Shown here one piece after another: positions 1 to 7,769 of a DNA stretch of 11,313 nucleotides. This DNA comes from Candidatus Ratteibacteria bacterium. GTDB lineage: Bacteria; Ratteibacteria; UBA8468; B48-G9; JAFGKM01. The DNA lies in contig JBKBIN010000043.1 of assembly GCA_046296715.1 (NCBI GenBank), positions 1-11,313 on the forward strand, read 5' to 3'. Position 1 is the stretch's first letter, and every line of letters starts with the position of its first letter. Position numbers and translations under genes: made by a program. The notes under the pieces are model-generated. The model did not search any database. It saw only the letters and a program-made list of their open reading frames with translations, and was not told the origin of the DNA.

Positions 1-280
1 ATCTCTCATTTAATATCTCCATATCATTTATTATAACACCTTTTAACATTCTGTAAAACTCTTCTTCATCTATTCTACCAGATCTTTCAACTTTCCCATT
101 TAATCTTGGTCTTTTTGGTCTTATATATATGTGTCTTATTCCTTTATCTACCAAGTGCCAGTGAAATTGTATACCAAATTCTGAACCATTGTCTGTTTGA
201 ACTGTCTGTATCTTAAATGGCAACTTTGAAATAACATAATCAATAAAGTCAATTGAATTTTTCTGATCGTCTTTCTCACT
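1..280 (-). pseudogene. IS481-family transposase, integrase-core (rve) fragment in a different frame, runs off the window
   Basis: Manual translation: SEKDDQKNSIDFIDYVISKLPFKIQTVQTDNGSEFGIQFHWHLVDKGIRHIYIRPKRPRLNGKVERSGRIDEEEFYRMLKGVIINDMEILNER. Contains TDNGSEF (second Asp) and NGKVER (Glu) of the DDE triad; no start codon; not in the ORF track. Confidence 0.9.
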
Positions 281-644
281 TATAAGGTAATCGGTTCATA
301 TTTAATCTTTTTATGACTTTCCAGATAGTTGCACTATTAATTTTGATACAATGATACCTTTCTAAATACATCTTTATTCTTGTTGGTCCAAAATGATAAT
401 TAGTCCTTAAATATACAATTTTTTCTATTACTTCTGGTTGTGTTGTTTTTGGGCAATGATTAGGTCTTCTTGAATGTTCTACCAATCCTTCTTTGCCTTC
501 TTTTAAATACCTGTTATACCATTTATAATATGTCTTTCTACTTATCCCAAAATACCTACATGTCTTTGCTACATTTCCTTTTATCTCTTCTTTATGCCTA
601 AACCAACCTAATCTCATTTTTATCTGTCTTTCTCTATCTGTCAT
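276..644 (-). pseudogene. IS481-family transposase, N-terminal HTH fragment (122 aa, premature TGA)
   Basis: NVAKTCRYFGISRKTYYKWYNRY..G.EGL...SRRP..CP and LR..YHFGP.RI..YL are typical IS481 N-terminal motifs; GGAGG RBS at 655-651 ahead of ATG 644; TGA at 278-276. Confidence 0.9.
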
Positions 645-684
645 ATTCCACCTCCATTTAAAATAAAAAATTCTTTTTCTCTTA

Positions 685-713
685 ATTATATAACCTGTTA
701 CCTATCTTTGGAA
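685..713 (-). promoter_or_regulatory. Putative transposase promoter (-35 TTCCAA 713-708, 17 bp, -10 TATAAT 690-685)
   Basis: Perfect -10, 17-bp spacer and weak -35 lying inside the candidate IS end, about 40 bp upstream of the transposase ATG. The AT-rich background makes chance matches possible. Confidence 0.45.
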
Positions 714-721
714 GTTTTATC
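696..721 (-). repeat. Candidate left terminal inverted repeat of the IS481 element
   Basis: Minus strand reads GATAAAACTTCCAAAGATAGGTAACA, resembling ~26-bp IS481-type ends (TGT-N-GTNACA) but starting GAT instead of TGT. It coincides with the IS/host-gene boundary. The partner end is not in the window. Confidence 0.45.
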
Positions 722-957
722 TTGTAGGAAGAATACCTGAAAAAGAATTACCCAAACAACCTGGAGAATTTACTCATTGTAAAGCAGAAGGATATTATGA
801 AGTATGGCGATATAATAGTAAGGGGGAATTTCAAACAAAGATAGAGTTCCCTCAGTATTTAACTAACAAATGGTTTATCACTGAAACCGGAGATATTTAC
901 TATTTCCGTTTTTACCAAGAGCGTGCAGTTTTATTTAAAGCCATTTATCAACTTTAA
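721..957 (+). pseudogene. 3' remnant (78 codons + TAA) of a gene of unknown function, 5' part lost at the IS boundary
   Basis: Open frame LVGRIPEKELPKQPGEFTHCKAEGYYEVWRYNSKGEFQTKIEFPQYLTNKWFITETGDIYYFRFYQERAVLFKAIYQL*; no ATG back to the in-frame TAA at 691-693; protein-like composition with beta-strand/turn patterns. Confidence 0.6.
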
Positions 958-986
958 ATACGGTTCATAAGTAACATAACAAAAAT

Positions 987-1014
987 TTGACAAAAAATTT
1001 TTATAGTGTATTAT
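987..1014 (+). promoter_or_regulatory. sigma70/sigmaA-type promoter of the operon (-35 TTGACA 987-992, 16 bp, -10 TATTAT 1009-1014)
   Basis: Perfect -35 and 5/6 -10, 42 bp upstream of ATG 1057, with an operator-like palindrome immediately downstream. Confidence 0.75.
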
Positions 1015-1025
1015 TAAAAAATAAA

Positions 1026-1045
1026 TTTGTGAAAATTTTCACAAA
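1026..1045 (+). promoter_or_regulatory. Perfect 20-bp palindrome TTTGTGAAAATTTTCACAAA, probable Rex operator
   Basis: 1027-1044 matches the Rex consensus TTGTGAA-N4-TTCACAA at every specified position and lies between the -10 box and the RBS (AAGGA 1048-1052), a repressor position. It also satisfies the CRP-family TGTGA-N6-TCACA pattern. Confidence 0.8.
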
Positions 1046-1056
1046 GTAAGGATAAA

Positions 1057-2412
1057 ATGATATTTATAATTATTATTTTGACTTTTTTATTTGCTTTTTT
1101 GATAAAAGTTTTTAAAAAGAAATATTCTCTTTATGTTGCAATTTTAATTACATTTTTGGATTTTATTTTTATACTTTCACTCCCTGGATGCTTAAAAACA
1201 AACTTTGAATTTTTAGGGATTTCATTTTTATATGATGATTTAAGTTTCTTATTTGCTACTACATCTACATTTGTTGCTCTTTTAATATTTATTTATTCTT
1301 TAGGATATTTTAAAAATGAAAAAGAGAAAAGTTTTTTTAGTTTTTGGGCTTTGTTTTTTCTTGGAAGTATGCTTGGAGTTATTTTTTCAGATAATTTATT
1401 ATCTCTTTATTTTTTCTGGGAAATCGCAGGTCTTTGTTCTTATAGATTAATTGGAACATATAAAGTAAGTGAACATCTTTTAAAAGCAGATAAGGCATTT
1501 ATGGTAACAGGAGGCGGAGCAGGAATTATGTTTTTATCTTTTGCATTTATATATTCTCTTACAGGAACTTTCTATCTTTCAAAAATGGTAGGTTTTTCTG
1601 TCCCTTGGTTTGTTTTTTTGTTGTTTTTTATTGGAGTTATAACGAAATCAGCAACTTTTCCATTACATATATGGCTTCCAGAAGCTTCAGTTGCACCAAC
1701 TCCAGTAACTGCCTTTTTACATGCTGCGGTTCTTGTTAAAATAGGAATTTATGGGCTTTTAAGATTATTCTGGAAGACATTGTCAGTTGAAGGGAATATA
1801 ATTTGGGCTATTTATCTTGCATTAATTAGTAGTTTAATAGCAGGTTTTGTTGCATTAATTGAAAAGGACTTTAAGAAAATACTTGCATATTCTACTGTGA
1901 GTCAACTTGGTTTTTTAATAACAGGGGTTTTATTATTAAATGAAAGAGCAATAAGAGGTATTTTAGTTTTTTATCTTGCGCATGCTCTTGGTAAATGTGG
2001 TTTGTTTTTAACAGCAGGAGTTATGGAAAAAGTTTTTGAGACAAAGGATATAACGAAAATGGGCAGTATTATGAAAAAAATGCCTCAAATTACAGTTGGA
2101 TATTTTCTCTCTATGCTTTCTGTGATTGGTATTCCTCCTTTTTTGGGCTTTTTTGGTAAATTAGATGTAATTGCAGGTAGTTTTGAAAATAAATTGTTTC
2201 TTGTTGGATTTTTATTATGTATTAGTTCTATACTAACTCTTCTTTATCTATGGAGAACATTCAAATTTGTTTTTATAAGGGAAAATATTAATATAAATAT
2301 GGAGTTAGAGAACATTGAAATAATGAATTTGGTAGTTGTTTTATTAGGTATTTTTTCTCTTTTAGCAGGTATAATCTTTCTTTTTTTAGAAGGAGGTGCT
2401 TTTGGATATTAA
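1057..2412 (+). CDS. Antiporter-like membrane subunit (Proton_antipo_M), NuoL/MrpA/HyfD-type core without lateral helix, 451 aa
   Basis: FWE (TM5 Glu), TKSATFPLHIWLPEA (TM7 Lys), APTPVTAFLHAAVLVK (TM8 His type), KKILAYSTVSQLG, HALGK, PPFLGFFGK (TM12 Lys); highly hydrophobic. Confidence 0.9.
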   Translation: MIFIIIILTFLFAFLIKVFKKKYSLYVAILITFLDFIFILSLPGCLKTNFEFLGISFLYDDLSFLFATTSTFVALLIFIYSLGYFKNEKEKSFFSFWALFFLGSMLGVIFSDNLLSLYFFWEIAGLCSYRLIGTYKVSEHLLKADKAFMVTGGGAGIMFLSFAFIYSLTGTFYLSKMVGFSVPWFVFLLFFIGVITKSATFPLHIWLPEASVAPTPVTAFLHAAVLVKIGIYGLLRLFWKTLSVEGNIIWAIYLALISSLIAGFVALIEKDFKKILAYSTVSQLGFLITGVLLLNERAIRGILVFYLAHALGKCGLFLTAGVMEKVFETKDITKMGSIMKKMPQITVGYFLSMLSVIGIPPFLGFFGKLDVIAGSFENKLFLVGFLLCISSILTLLYLWRTFKFVFIRENININMELENIEIMNLVVVLLGIFSLLAGIIFLFLEGGAFGY

Positions 2413-4228
2413 GATTTTTTTCCCTGTTTTTGTTTGTTATGGTTTTTCTATTCTGAATATTTTATTTTTTAAACTTAGCAGAAACTTTAGAAAATATATT
2501 TCAATAATTAGTATTTCGTTTGTATTAATTTCATCTATTTATATTTTTGAGGGTTATTTACCTTTATTTAGCCAATGGGAAAAGTTAAGTATGTTTTTTG
2601 CAATTTTAATTTCAAGTATAAGTTTTTTATCTATTGTGTATTCTCAATGGTATAATCCTTCTGTAAATTTTGTTTATGATAGTTTATTTTTCATTTTTGT
2701 TGGTTCTATGATAGGAGTTGTTTTATCAAGTTCATTAATAATTTTTTATATCTTTTGGGAGATTATGACAATTTCAAGTTTCTTCCTTGTTCTTTATGAA
2801 AACACAGATGAGGCAAAAAATTCTTCAATTAAATACATTATTATGACTGGAACTGGAAGCATTTTTCTTCTATTTGGAATAATTGGAATAACTTTTGCTG
2901 AAAATTCAGATTTATTGAAGCATATTTTATTTTTATCAATTTTTATTGGTGCTGGAGTTAAAAGTGGATTATTCCCTTTAAATAGTTGGCTTCCTGAAAC
3001 ATATTCAGCAGCACCAACTCCAATAAGTACAATTTTTTCTGGGACTATGAGTAAAATAGGTATATATGCTTTTATAAAATTTTATTTTGTAATTTTTCAA
3101 CCAAACTGGTCTATAGTATGGGAAAATATTATGGTTATAATCGGAATGATAACTCTTTTATCAGGTGTTTTACTGGCTTTAATACAACATGACATTAAAA
3201 GATTGCTTGCATACCATAGTATTAGCCAAATTGGATATATTTTTCTTGGTATTGCAACTGGAACATCAATAGGACTTCTTGGAGCTCTTTATCATCTATT
3301 AAATCATGCACTTTTTAAATCGCTTTTATTCCTTGGGAGTGGTGTTTTAATAAGATTAACAGGCTCAAGGGAACTTGAAAAATATGGTGGTTTTTCTTCA
3401 ATATTGCCATTTACATTTCTAACTTTTTCAATTGCTTCTTTTTCAATTTCAGGGCTTCCTCCTTTTAATGGTTTTGTTTCAAAATGGATAATATGTCAGG
3501 CACTTTTTGAGAAAAAAACAGGCATTTCAATTTTGGCAATGATAATTTCACTCGTTGGTAGTGCTTTAACACTTGCTTCATTTATTAAGGTTTTAAATGA
3601 TTCTTTTCTCGGTGTTGGTAAAGGCAATGTAAAGGAAAAAATATCAGAAAAAACATCTTTTCTTATAATCCCTCTCGGTACCCTTGCTTTTGGATGTCTA
3701 TTTTTTGGATTCTTCCCTGGTTTTGTAACAAATAAGATTTTTGCACCAATTACAGGGAATATTCAAACTTTAAATATAAAACTGATAAATATAGTAAGTT
3801 TTTGGGGCTACATTTCAATCCTTATTACTTTTTTCTTATATATCTATTTATCAAAATCGGGTAAGAAGTTTAAAGAAAAGAATGTTTTTGTTGGTGGAGA
3901 GTATCTTCCATCTACTATAACTGATTTTGACGGTTCTCATTTCTATAAAACTGTCTATCAAATAAATGGAATTAAAAAATTTTATGAACTTGAGAAAAAA
4001 GGTATTCTTGATTCTTATTCAATTTCAGAAAGATTATTTAATTTCACAAGTAAAATTTCAAGTAAAATTGAAATTTTCGTAAGGGATGAAATTTACAAAA
4101 GAGGAAGGGATTTTATTTATTTTGTTACAGAAAAATTTAAGTCATTTCAGAATGGACTTTTACCAAGGTATATTTTATGGATTATTGCAGGAATTATATT
4201 TATAATGGAGGTGTTAAAAAGATGGTGA
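2402..4228 (+). CDS. Antiporter-like membrane subunit with C-terminal extension (HyfB/MbxH'-like; lateral helix plus terminal TM), ~608 aa
   Basis: FWE, VKSGLFPLNSWLP, APTPISTIFSGTMSKIG, KRLLAYHSISQIGY, NHALFKSLLFL, PPFNGFVSKW; tail with TM, FVGGE, long amphipathic stretch and QNGLLPRY+TM. Start moved from GTG 2396 (overlaps the AGGAGG RBS at 2391-2396) to TTG 2402. Confidence 0.88.
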   Translation: MDIKIFFPVFVCYGFSILNILFFKLSRNFRKYISIISISFVLISSIYIFEGYLPLFSQWEKLSMFFAILISSISFLSIVYSQWYNPSVNFVYDSLFFIFVGSMIGVVLSSSLIIFYIFWEIMTISSFFLVLYENTDEAKNSSIKYIIMTGTGSIFLLFGIIGITFAENSDLLKHILFLSIFIGAGVKSGLFPLNSWLPETYSAAPTPISTIFSGTMSKIGIYAFIKFYFVIFQPNWSIVWENIMVIIGMITLLSGVLLALIQHDIKRLLAYHSISQIGYIFLGIATGTSIGLLGALYHLLNHALFKSLLFLGSGVLIRLTGSRELEKYGGFSSILPFTFLTFSIASFSISGLPPFNGFVSKWIICQALFEKKTGISILAMIISLVGSALTLASFIKVLNDSFLGVGKGNVKEKISEKTSFLIIPLGTLAFGCLFFGFFPGFVTNKIFAPITGNIQTLNIKLINIVSFWGYISILITFFLYIYLSKSGKKFKEKNVFVGGEYLPSTITDFDGSHFYKTVYQINGIKKFYELEKKGILDSYSISERLFNFTSKISSKIEIFVRDEIYKRGRDFIYFVTEKFKSFQNGLLPRYILWIIAGIIFIMEVLKRW

Positions 4229-4755
4229 TAAATATTGGATTTCATATTTTTATACTTTTAATGATGATAATTGGTTCAATAGTTGCTGTATTTTCGAAAA
4301 AACTTATATCTTCGCTTGTTTCTCTCGGAACTGTTGGTATGCTTTTAAGTATTTATTTTTTAATTCTTGGTGCTCCTGATATCGCAATAACTCAACTTGT
4401 TGTTGAAATTCTTGCATTAATAATTTTACTTTCAGCAATTACAGGAAGGGATGTTACTGCTGATATGACTTCTACAAGGGTTTATATACTATTTTTTATT
4501 TTTATATTTTTAATCTCAATTTTCACATTTGTTTCATCTTCTTATTTTATATTTCCTGAATTTGGAAACTCAAATATGAGAGTCGGAGAAAAATATCTTT
4601 ATCTTGCACCTACTAAATTAAAAGCAGCAAATGTTGTGACTTCAATAGTTCTTGATTTTCGTGGATATGATACAATTGGTGAAGCAACAGTTATTTTTAC
4701 GGCAATAATTGGAGTTATGGTTCTTTTAAGAAAAAAAGGGAAAAAAGATGAATAA
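4222..4755 (+). CDS. MbhD-MbhE-like fusion (DUF4040 + MbhE), equivalent to the C-terminal domain of MrpA
   Basis: GAPDIAITQLVVE and NVVTSIVLDFRGYDTIGEATVIF motifs. Start moved to ATG 4222 (GGAGG at 4207-4211; GTG 4225 is an alternative), overlapping the upstream stop. Confidence 0.88.
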   Translation: MVINIGFHIFILLMMIIGSIVAVFSKKLISSLVSLGTVGMLLSIYFLILGAPDIAITQLVVEILALIILLSAITGRDVTADMTSTRVYILFFIFIFLISIFTFVSSSYFIFPEFGNSNMRVGEKYLYLAPTKLKAANVVTSIVLDFRGYDTIGEATVIFTAIIGVMVLLRKKGKKDE

Positions 4756-5221
4756 AGGGATGAGCGAAATAGTAAAAACTATAAGTAAAATTGTTTGTCC
4801 GTTTATTCTTGTTTTTGGGATTTCAATCATATTTTATGGACATTTAACTCCAGGAGGAGGTTTTCCAGGAGGTGTTGTAATTTCTGCCTGTTTTATCCTT
4901 TCGTTGCTTGCTTATGGAAAGGAAAAGACATTTTTAAAACTTTCTTTAACAAAAAGTGATATTTTACATGATATAGGTGCTATTTTATTTATTTCTGTTG
5001 CTTTGATTGGTTTCGTAAAGGGGATATTCTTTTTAAATGTTTTTGATAAAGGAACTCTTTTTTCTTTATGGAGTGGCGGGAGTTTATTATTCAGTAATAT
5101 TGCAATTGGAATTAAAGTTGGAACAAGTTTATTCCTCGGGATAACTTTACTTTCAATGGCAAGAATATTATACAAAGGCAACAAAATTGAATTTTATGAG
5201 AAGGAGGAAGATATCAAATGA
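4748..5221 (+). CDS. mrpB: Na+/H+ antiporter subunit B (MrpB/MnhB/MbhF-like)
   Basis: GHLTPGGGFPGG signature, C-terminal N.AIGIKVG, about four TM segments. Confidence 0.9.
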   Translation: MNKGMSEIVKTISKIVCPFILVFGISIIFYGHLTPGGGFPGGVVISACFILSLLAYGKEKTFLKLSLTKSDILHDIGAILFISVALIGFVKGIFFLNVFDKGTLFSLWSGGSLLFSNIAIGIKVGTSLFLGITLLSMARILYKGNKIEFYEKEEDIK

Positions 5222-5568
5222 TTGTTTATATAGCAATTGTAGTTATGTTTTTTGTAGGCATTTACGCGATGATGGTTAAAAGAAATATAATAAAGATGAT
5301 TATTGGAGTCAATATTATTGGGTATGCTGTCAATCTATTTTTTATTGTTATTGGATATAGAAAAAATGGAATTGCTCCTATAATTGTTCCTGGGATGGCG
5401 ATAGAAGAATTTGTTTCAAAGGCAGTAAATCCATTACCACAGGCACTTGTTTTAACTTCAATTGTTATTGACTTATCAATAATCTGTTTCTTGGCATCTT
5501 TATCAATAAGGATTTATGAGAAATATGGTAGTTTTGACCTTGAAAAAATCAGGAGGTTAAAAGGATGA
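5218..5568 (+). CDS. mrpC: Na+/H+ antiporter subunit C (MrpC/MnhC/MbhG-like)
   Basis: RNIIKMIIG and NPLPQALVLTSIVI motifs, ends RRLKG; AAGGAGG RBS; ATGA overlap. Confidence 0.93.
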   Translation: MIVYIAIVVMFFVGIYAMMVKRNIIKMIIGVNIIGYAVNLFFIVIGYRKNGIAPIIVPGMAIEEFVSKAVNPLPQALVLTSIVIDLSIICFLASLSIRIYEKYGSFDLEKIRRLKG

Positions 5569-7034
5569 ATTTAATTGTTTTTCCTGTAATTTTGAATTTA
5601 CTTTCAGCATTTTTGATTGCGCTCTTATGGAAAAAAAGTAAAAGATATTCTGGAATTGCTTGTCTTTGTTTTTTAATCTTATCTTTAATATCTGTGATTT
5701 TACTTGGTAAATATGTTTTTCATAATCAATATATTCTTTATTATATAGGTGGATGGGAAATACCGATTGGCATTACTCTTATGCTTGATGCTCTTTCTTA
5801 TATATTTCTTTTTATTTTAAATCTGATTTTGCCTTTAATCTGCTGGTTTTCACTCACATATATGGAAAGATATGTTAAATCAAGTTATTTTTATATCCTT
5901 TTCTCTCTTATTTCTTCGGGTTTGAATGGAATTTTAATCAGTATGGACTTTTTCAATATTTATGTTTTCCTTGAAATTTCATCAATTGCTTCGTACATTC
6001 TTGTTGCCTTTGGATTAAGACCAGAAGAACTTGAAGCAAGTTTAAAATATACAATGCTTGGTTTTATTGGTTCAACTTTAATTCTTATAAGTATTGGATT
6101 AATTTTAGGGAAAACAGGAACTTTGAATATCGCTGATTTTGTGAAAGTTGCTACAGGTATGGATAAAATTCAATTGTGGTTTATACTCGGGTTATTTATT
6201 TGTGGATTTGCTTTGAAAACAGCGCTTTTTCCATTTCATTTCTGGCTTCCTGATGCTCATTCTCTTGCTCCTTCCCCAGTTTCTGCAATTTTATCAGGGC
6301 TTTTTATTAAAATTACTGGTTTTTATCTACTAATAAGGATTGTTTCAAATATATTTACTATGTTTCATCACAGCAAAATTATTATAATTGGACTTGGACT
6401 TGCTTCAATGATTTTTGGTTCTTTAATGGCAATTGATCAAAAAGATATAAAGAGAACTTATGCATATTCAAGTATAAGTCAGGTTGGTTATTGTGCCCTT
6501 GCTTTTGGAATTGGTGGATACTGGGGATATCTTGGAGCGATTTTACATTTTATATTTCATTCACTGTCAAAATCATTACTATTTTTGAATTCAGGAGCAA
6601 TTGAATATAAATATAAAACAACAAAGATTGATGATTTAAAAGGGATTGAAGATAAAATGCCTTATACAGCTGCTACTGCTTCTATTGGAATGTTTTCAAT
6701 TGCAGGTGTTCCGCCTTTTGGATGTTTTTGGAGTAAGATGATAATTATAATTTCAGCAATTAAAGCACATTATTACGGAATTGCCTTTATAGTAGTTGTT
6801 GTTTCAATAATAACTCTTGGTTATTTTTTAAAACTTCTAAGAAATATTTTTTACAGTAAAGTTGAAGATCCAGAGATAAATGAAGTTAATTTTAATCTTT
6901 TGATGCCTATGATTTTAATGAGCATTTTAATTTTTTTAGGAGGAGTTATTTTTACACCGAATATAAAAACTTATATAGATAAGGCAGTTTTTGTTTTAGA
7001 GAAATTTTCTTATTTACAAATAATGGAGAAGTAA
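5565..7034 (+). CDS. mrpD: Na+/H+ antiporter subunit D (MrpD/MnhD/MbhH-like), 489 aa
   Basis: GGWEIPIGI.L.LDALS, DFFNIYVFLEI, LKTALFPFHFWLPDAH, SAILSGLFIK, KRTYAYSSISQVGY, PPFGCFWSK; AGGAGG RBS; ATGA overlap. Confidence 0.92.
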   Translation: MNLIVFPVILNLLSAFLIALLWKKSKRYSGIACLCFLILSLISVILLGKYVFHNQYILYYIGGWEIPIGITLMLDALSYIFLFILNLILPLICWFSLTYMERYVKSSYFYILFSLISSGLNGILISMDFFNIYVFLEISSIASYILVAFGLRPEELEASLKYTMLGFIGSTLILISIGLILGKTGTLNIADFVKVATGMDKIQLWFILGLFICGFALKTALFPFHFWLPDAHSLAPSPVSAILSGLFIKITGFYLLIRIVSNIFTMFHHSKIIIIGLGLASMIFGSLMAIDQKDIKRTYAYSSISQVGYCALAFGIGGYWGYLGAILHFIFHSLSKSLLFLNSGAIEYKYKTTKIDDLKGIEDKMPYTAATASIGMFSIAGVPPFGCFWSKMIIIISAIKAHYYGIAFIVVVVSIITLGYFLKLLRNIFYSKVEDPEINEVNFNLLMPMILMSILIFLGGVIFTPNIKTYIDKAVFVLEKFSYLQIMEK

Positions 7035-7035
7035 A

Positions 7036-7518
7036 ATGGAATTTTTCGTAATTTTTATTTTAACATTTATTGTTTGGATGATTTTAACATGGAATATTGA
7101 ATTTCTGAATATAATTGCTGGGATTTTTTTGTGCACTTTTGTCTCTTTTATTTTCGGAAGGGAGTTTAAGTTGGACAGAAGGATTTTTGAAATTAAAAGG
7201 TATATTTATTTCATTAAATACATATTTGTATTTATCTGGTATATGATAAAAGCAAATCTTTTAATGGCATATAGAGTATTAAGTCCAAGATTACCAATAA
7301 AACCTGGAATAGTTAAAATACCGATTGAATTAAAGTCCCCTTTAGCAAGAACAATTCTTGCAAATTCAATAACATTAACACCTGGAACATTTACATTAAA
7401 AATAACAGATAAATTTCTTTACATTCACTGGATTTATATTTATACTTATGATAAAGAACAACAAAAAGAAAAGATAGTTGGATTGATGGAAAAAATTTTA
7501 AAAGAGGTGTTTGAATGA
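7036..7518 (+). CDS. mrpE: Na+/H+ antiporter subunit E (MrpE/MnhE/MbhA-like)
   Basis: KANL.MAYRVLSP.LPIKPGIV, LANSITLTPGT and LYIHW motifs. Confidence 0.95.
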   Translation: MEFFVIFILTFIVWMILTWNIEFLNIIAGIFLCTFVSFIFGREFKLDRRIFEIKRYIYFIKYIFVFIWYMIKANLLMAYRVLSPRLPIKPGIVKIPIELKSPLARTILANSITLTPGTFTLKITDKFLYIHWIYIYTYDKEQQKEKIVGLMEKILKEVFE

Positions 7519-7769
7519 ATGCTATTTTTATATTTATTGGTATATGTGTTGCTATGTGTATTTATAGAATAGCAAAAGGACCCACTGCAGCAGATAGAAT
7601 GGTTGGAATAGATATACTTGGTCTTGTAATAATAATTTACTGTGTTTTCTATTCACTATTTACAGGGATTGACTTTTATATGAACATTGCCATTGTTTGG
7701 AGTATCCTTGGATTTGTAAGTACACTTACACTTGCTAAATTTCTTGAAGGGAGGAAGTTTGATGATTGA
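7515..7769 (+). CDS. mrpF: Na+/H+ antiporter subunit F (MrpF/MnhF/MbhB-like)
   Basis: R..KGPTAADRMVGID and GFVSTLTLAKFLE motifs; GAGGTG RBS; ATGA overlap. Confidence 0.95.
   Translation: MNAIFIFIGICVAMCIYRIAKGPTAADRMVGIDILGLVIIIYCVFYSLFTGIDFYMNIAIVWSILGFVSTLTLAKFLEGRKFDD

Larger units (their letters stand above)
1..721 (-). mobile_element. IS481-family insertion sequence, defective; far end lies outside the window
   Basis: Two transposase fragments (HTH part 276-644; integrase-core part 1-280), RBS and promoter upstream, and a candidate terminal inverted repeat at 696-721 beyond which an unrelated truncated frame begins. Confidence 0.85.

Noticed and set aside
265..290. Programmed frameshift or TGA (selenocysteine) readthrough in the transposase
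   Set aside because: No slippery heptamer at the junction, readthrough meets another TGA nine codons later, and a conserved catalytic segment is missing, so deletion explains it better.
292..969. 9-bp direct repeat CGGTTCATA at 292-300 and 961-969 as a target-site duplication
   Set aside because: One copy is inside transposase coding sequence and the pair does not bracket an element; chance is sufficient.
4177..4221. N-terminal extensions in the ORF track (4177; likewise 2396, 7732, 8075, 8364)
   Set aside because: Downstream starts fit RBS spacing, short stop/start overlaps or family N-termini (e.g. HypA must begin MHE) better.
4912..5184. Minus-strand 90-aa ORF
   Set aside because: Lies wholly antisense to mrpB; no recognisable motif; shadow ORF.
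1057..7034. Calling the large subunits nuoL/M/N of complex I
   Set aside because: No nuoA/H/B/C/D/I genes here, and MrpB/E/F/G are present, which complex I lacks.
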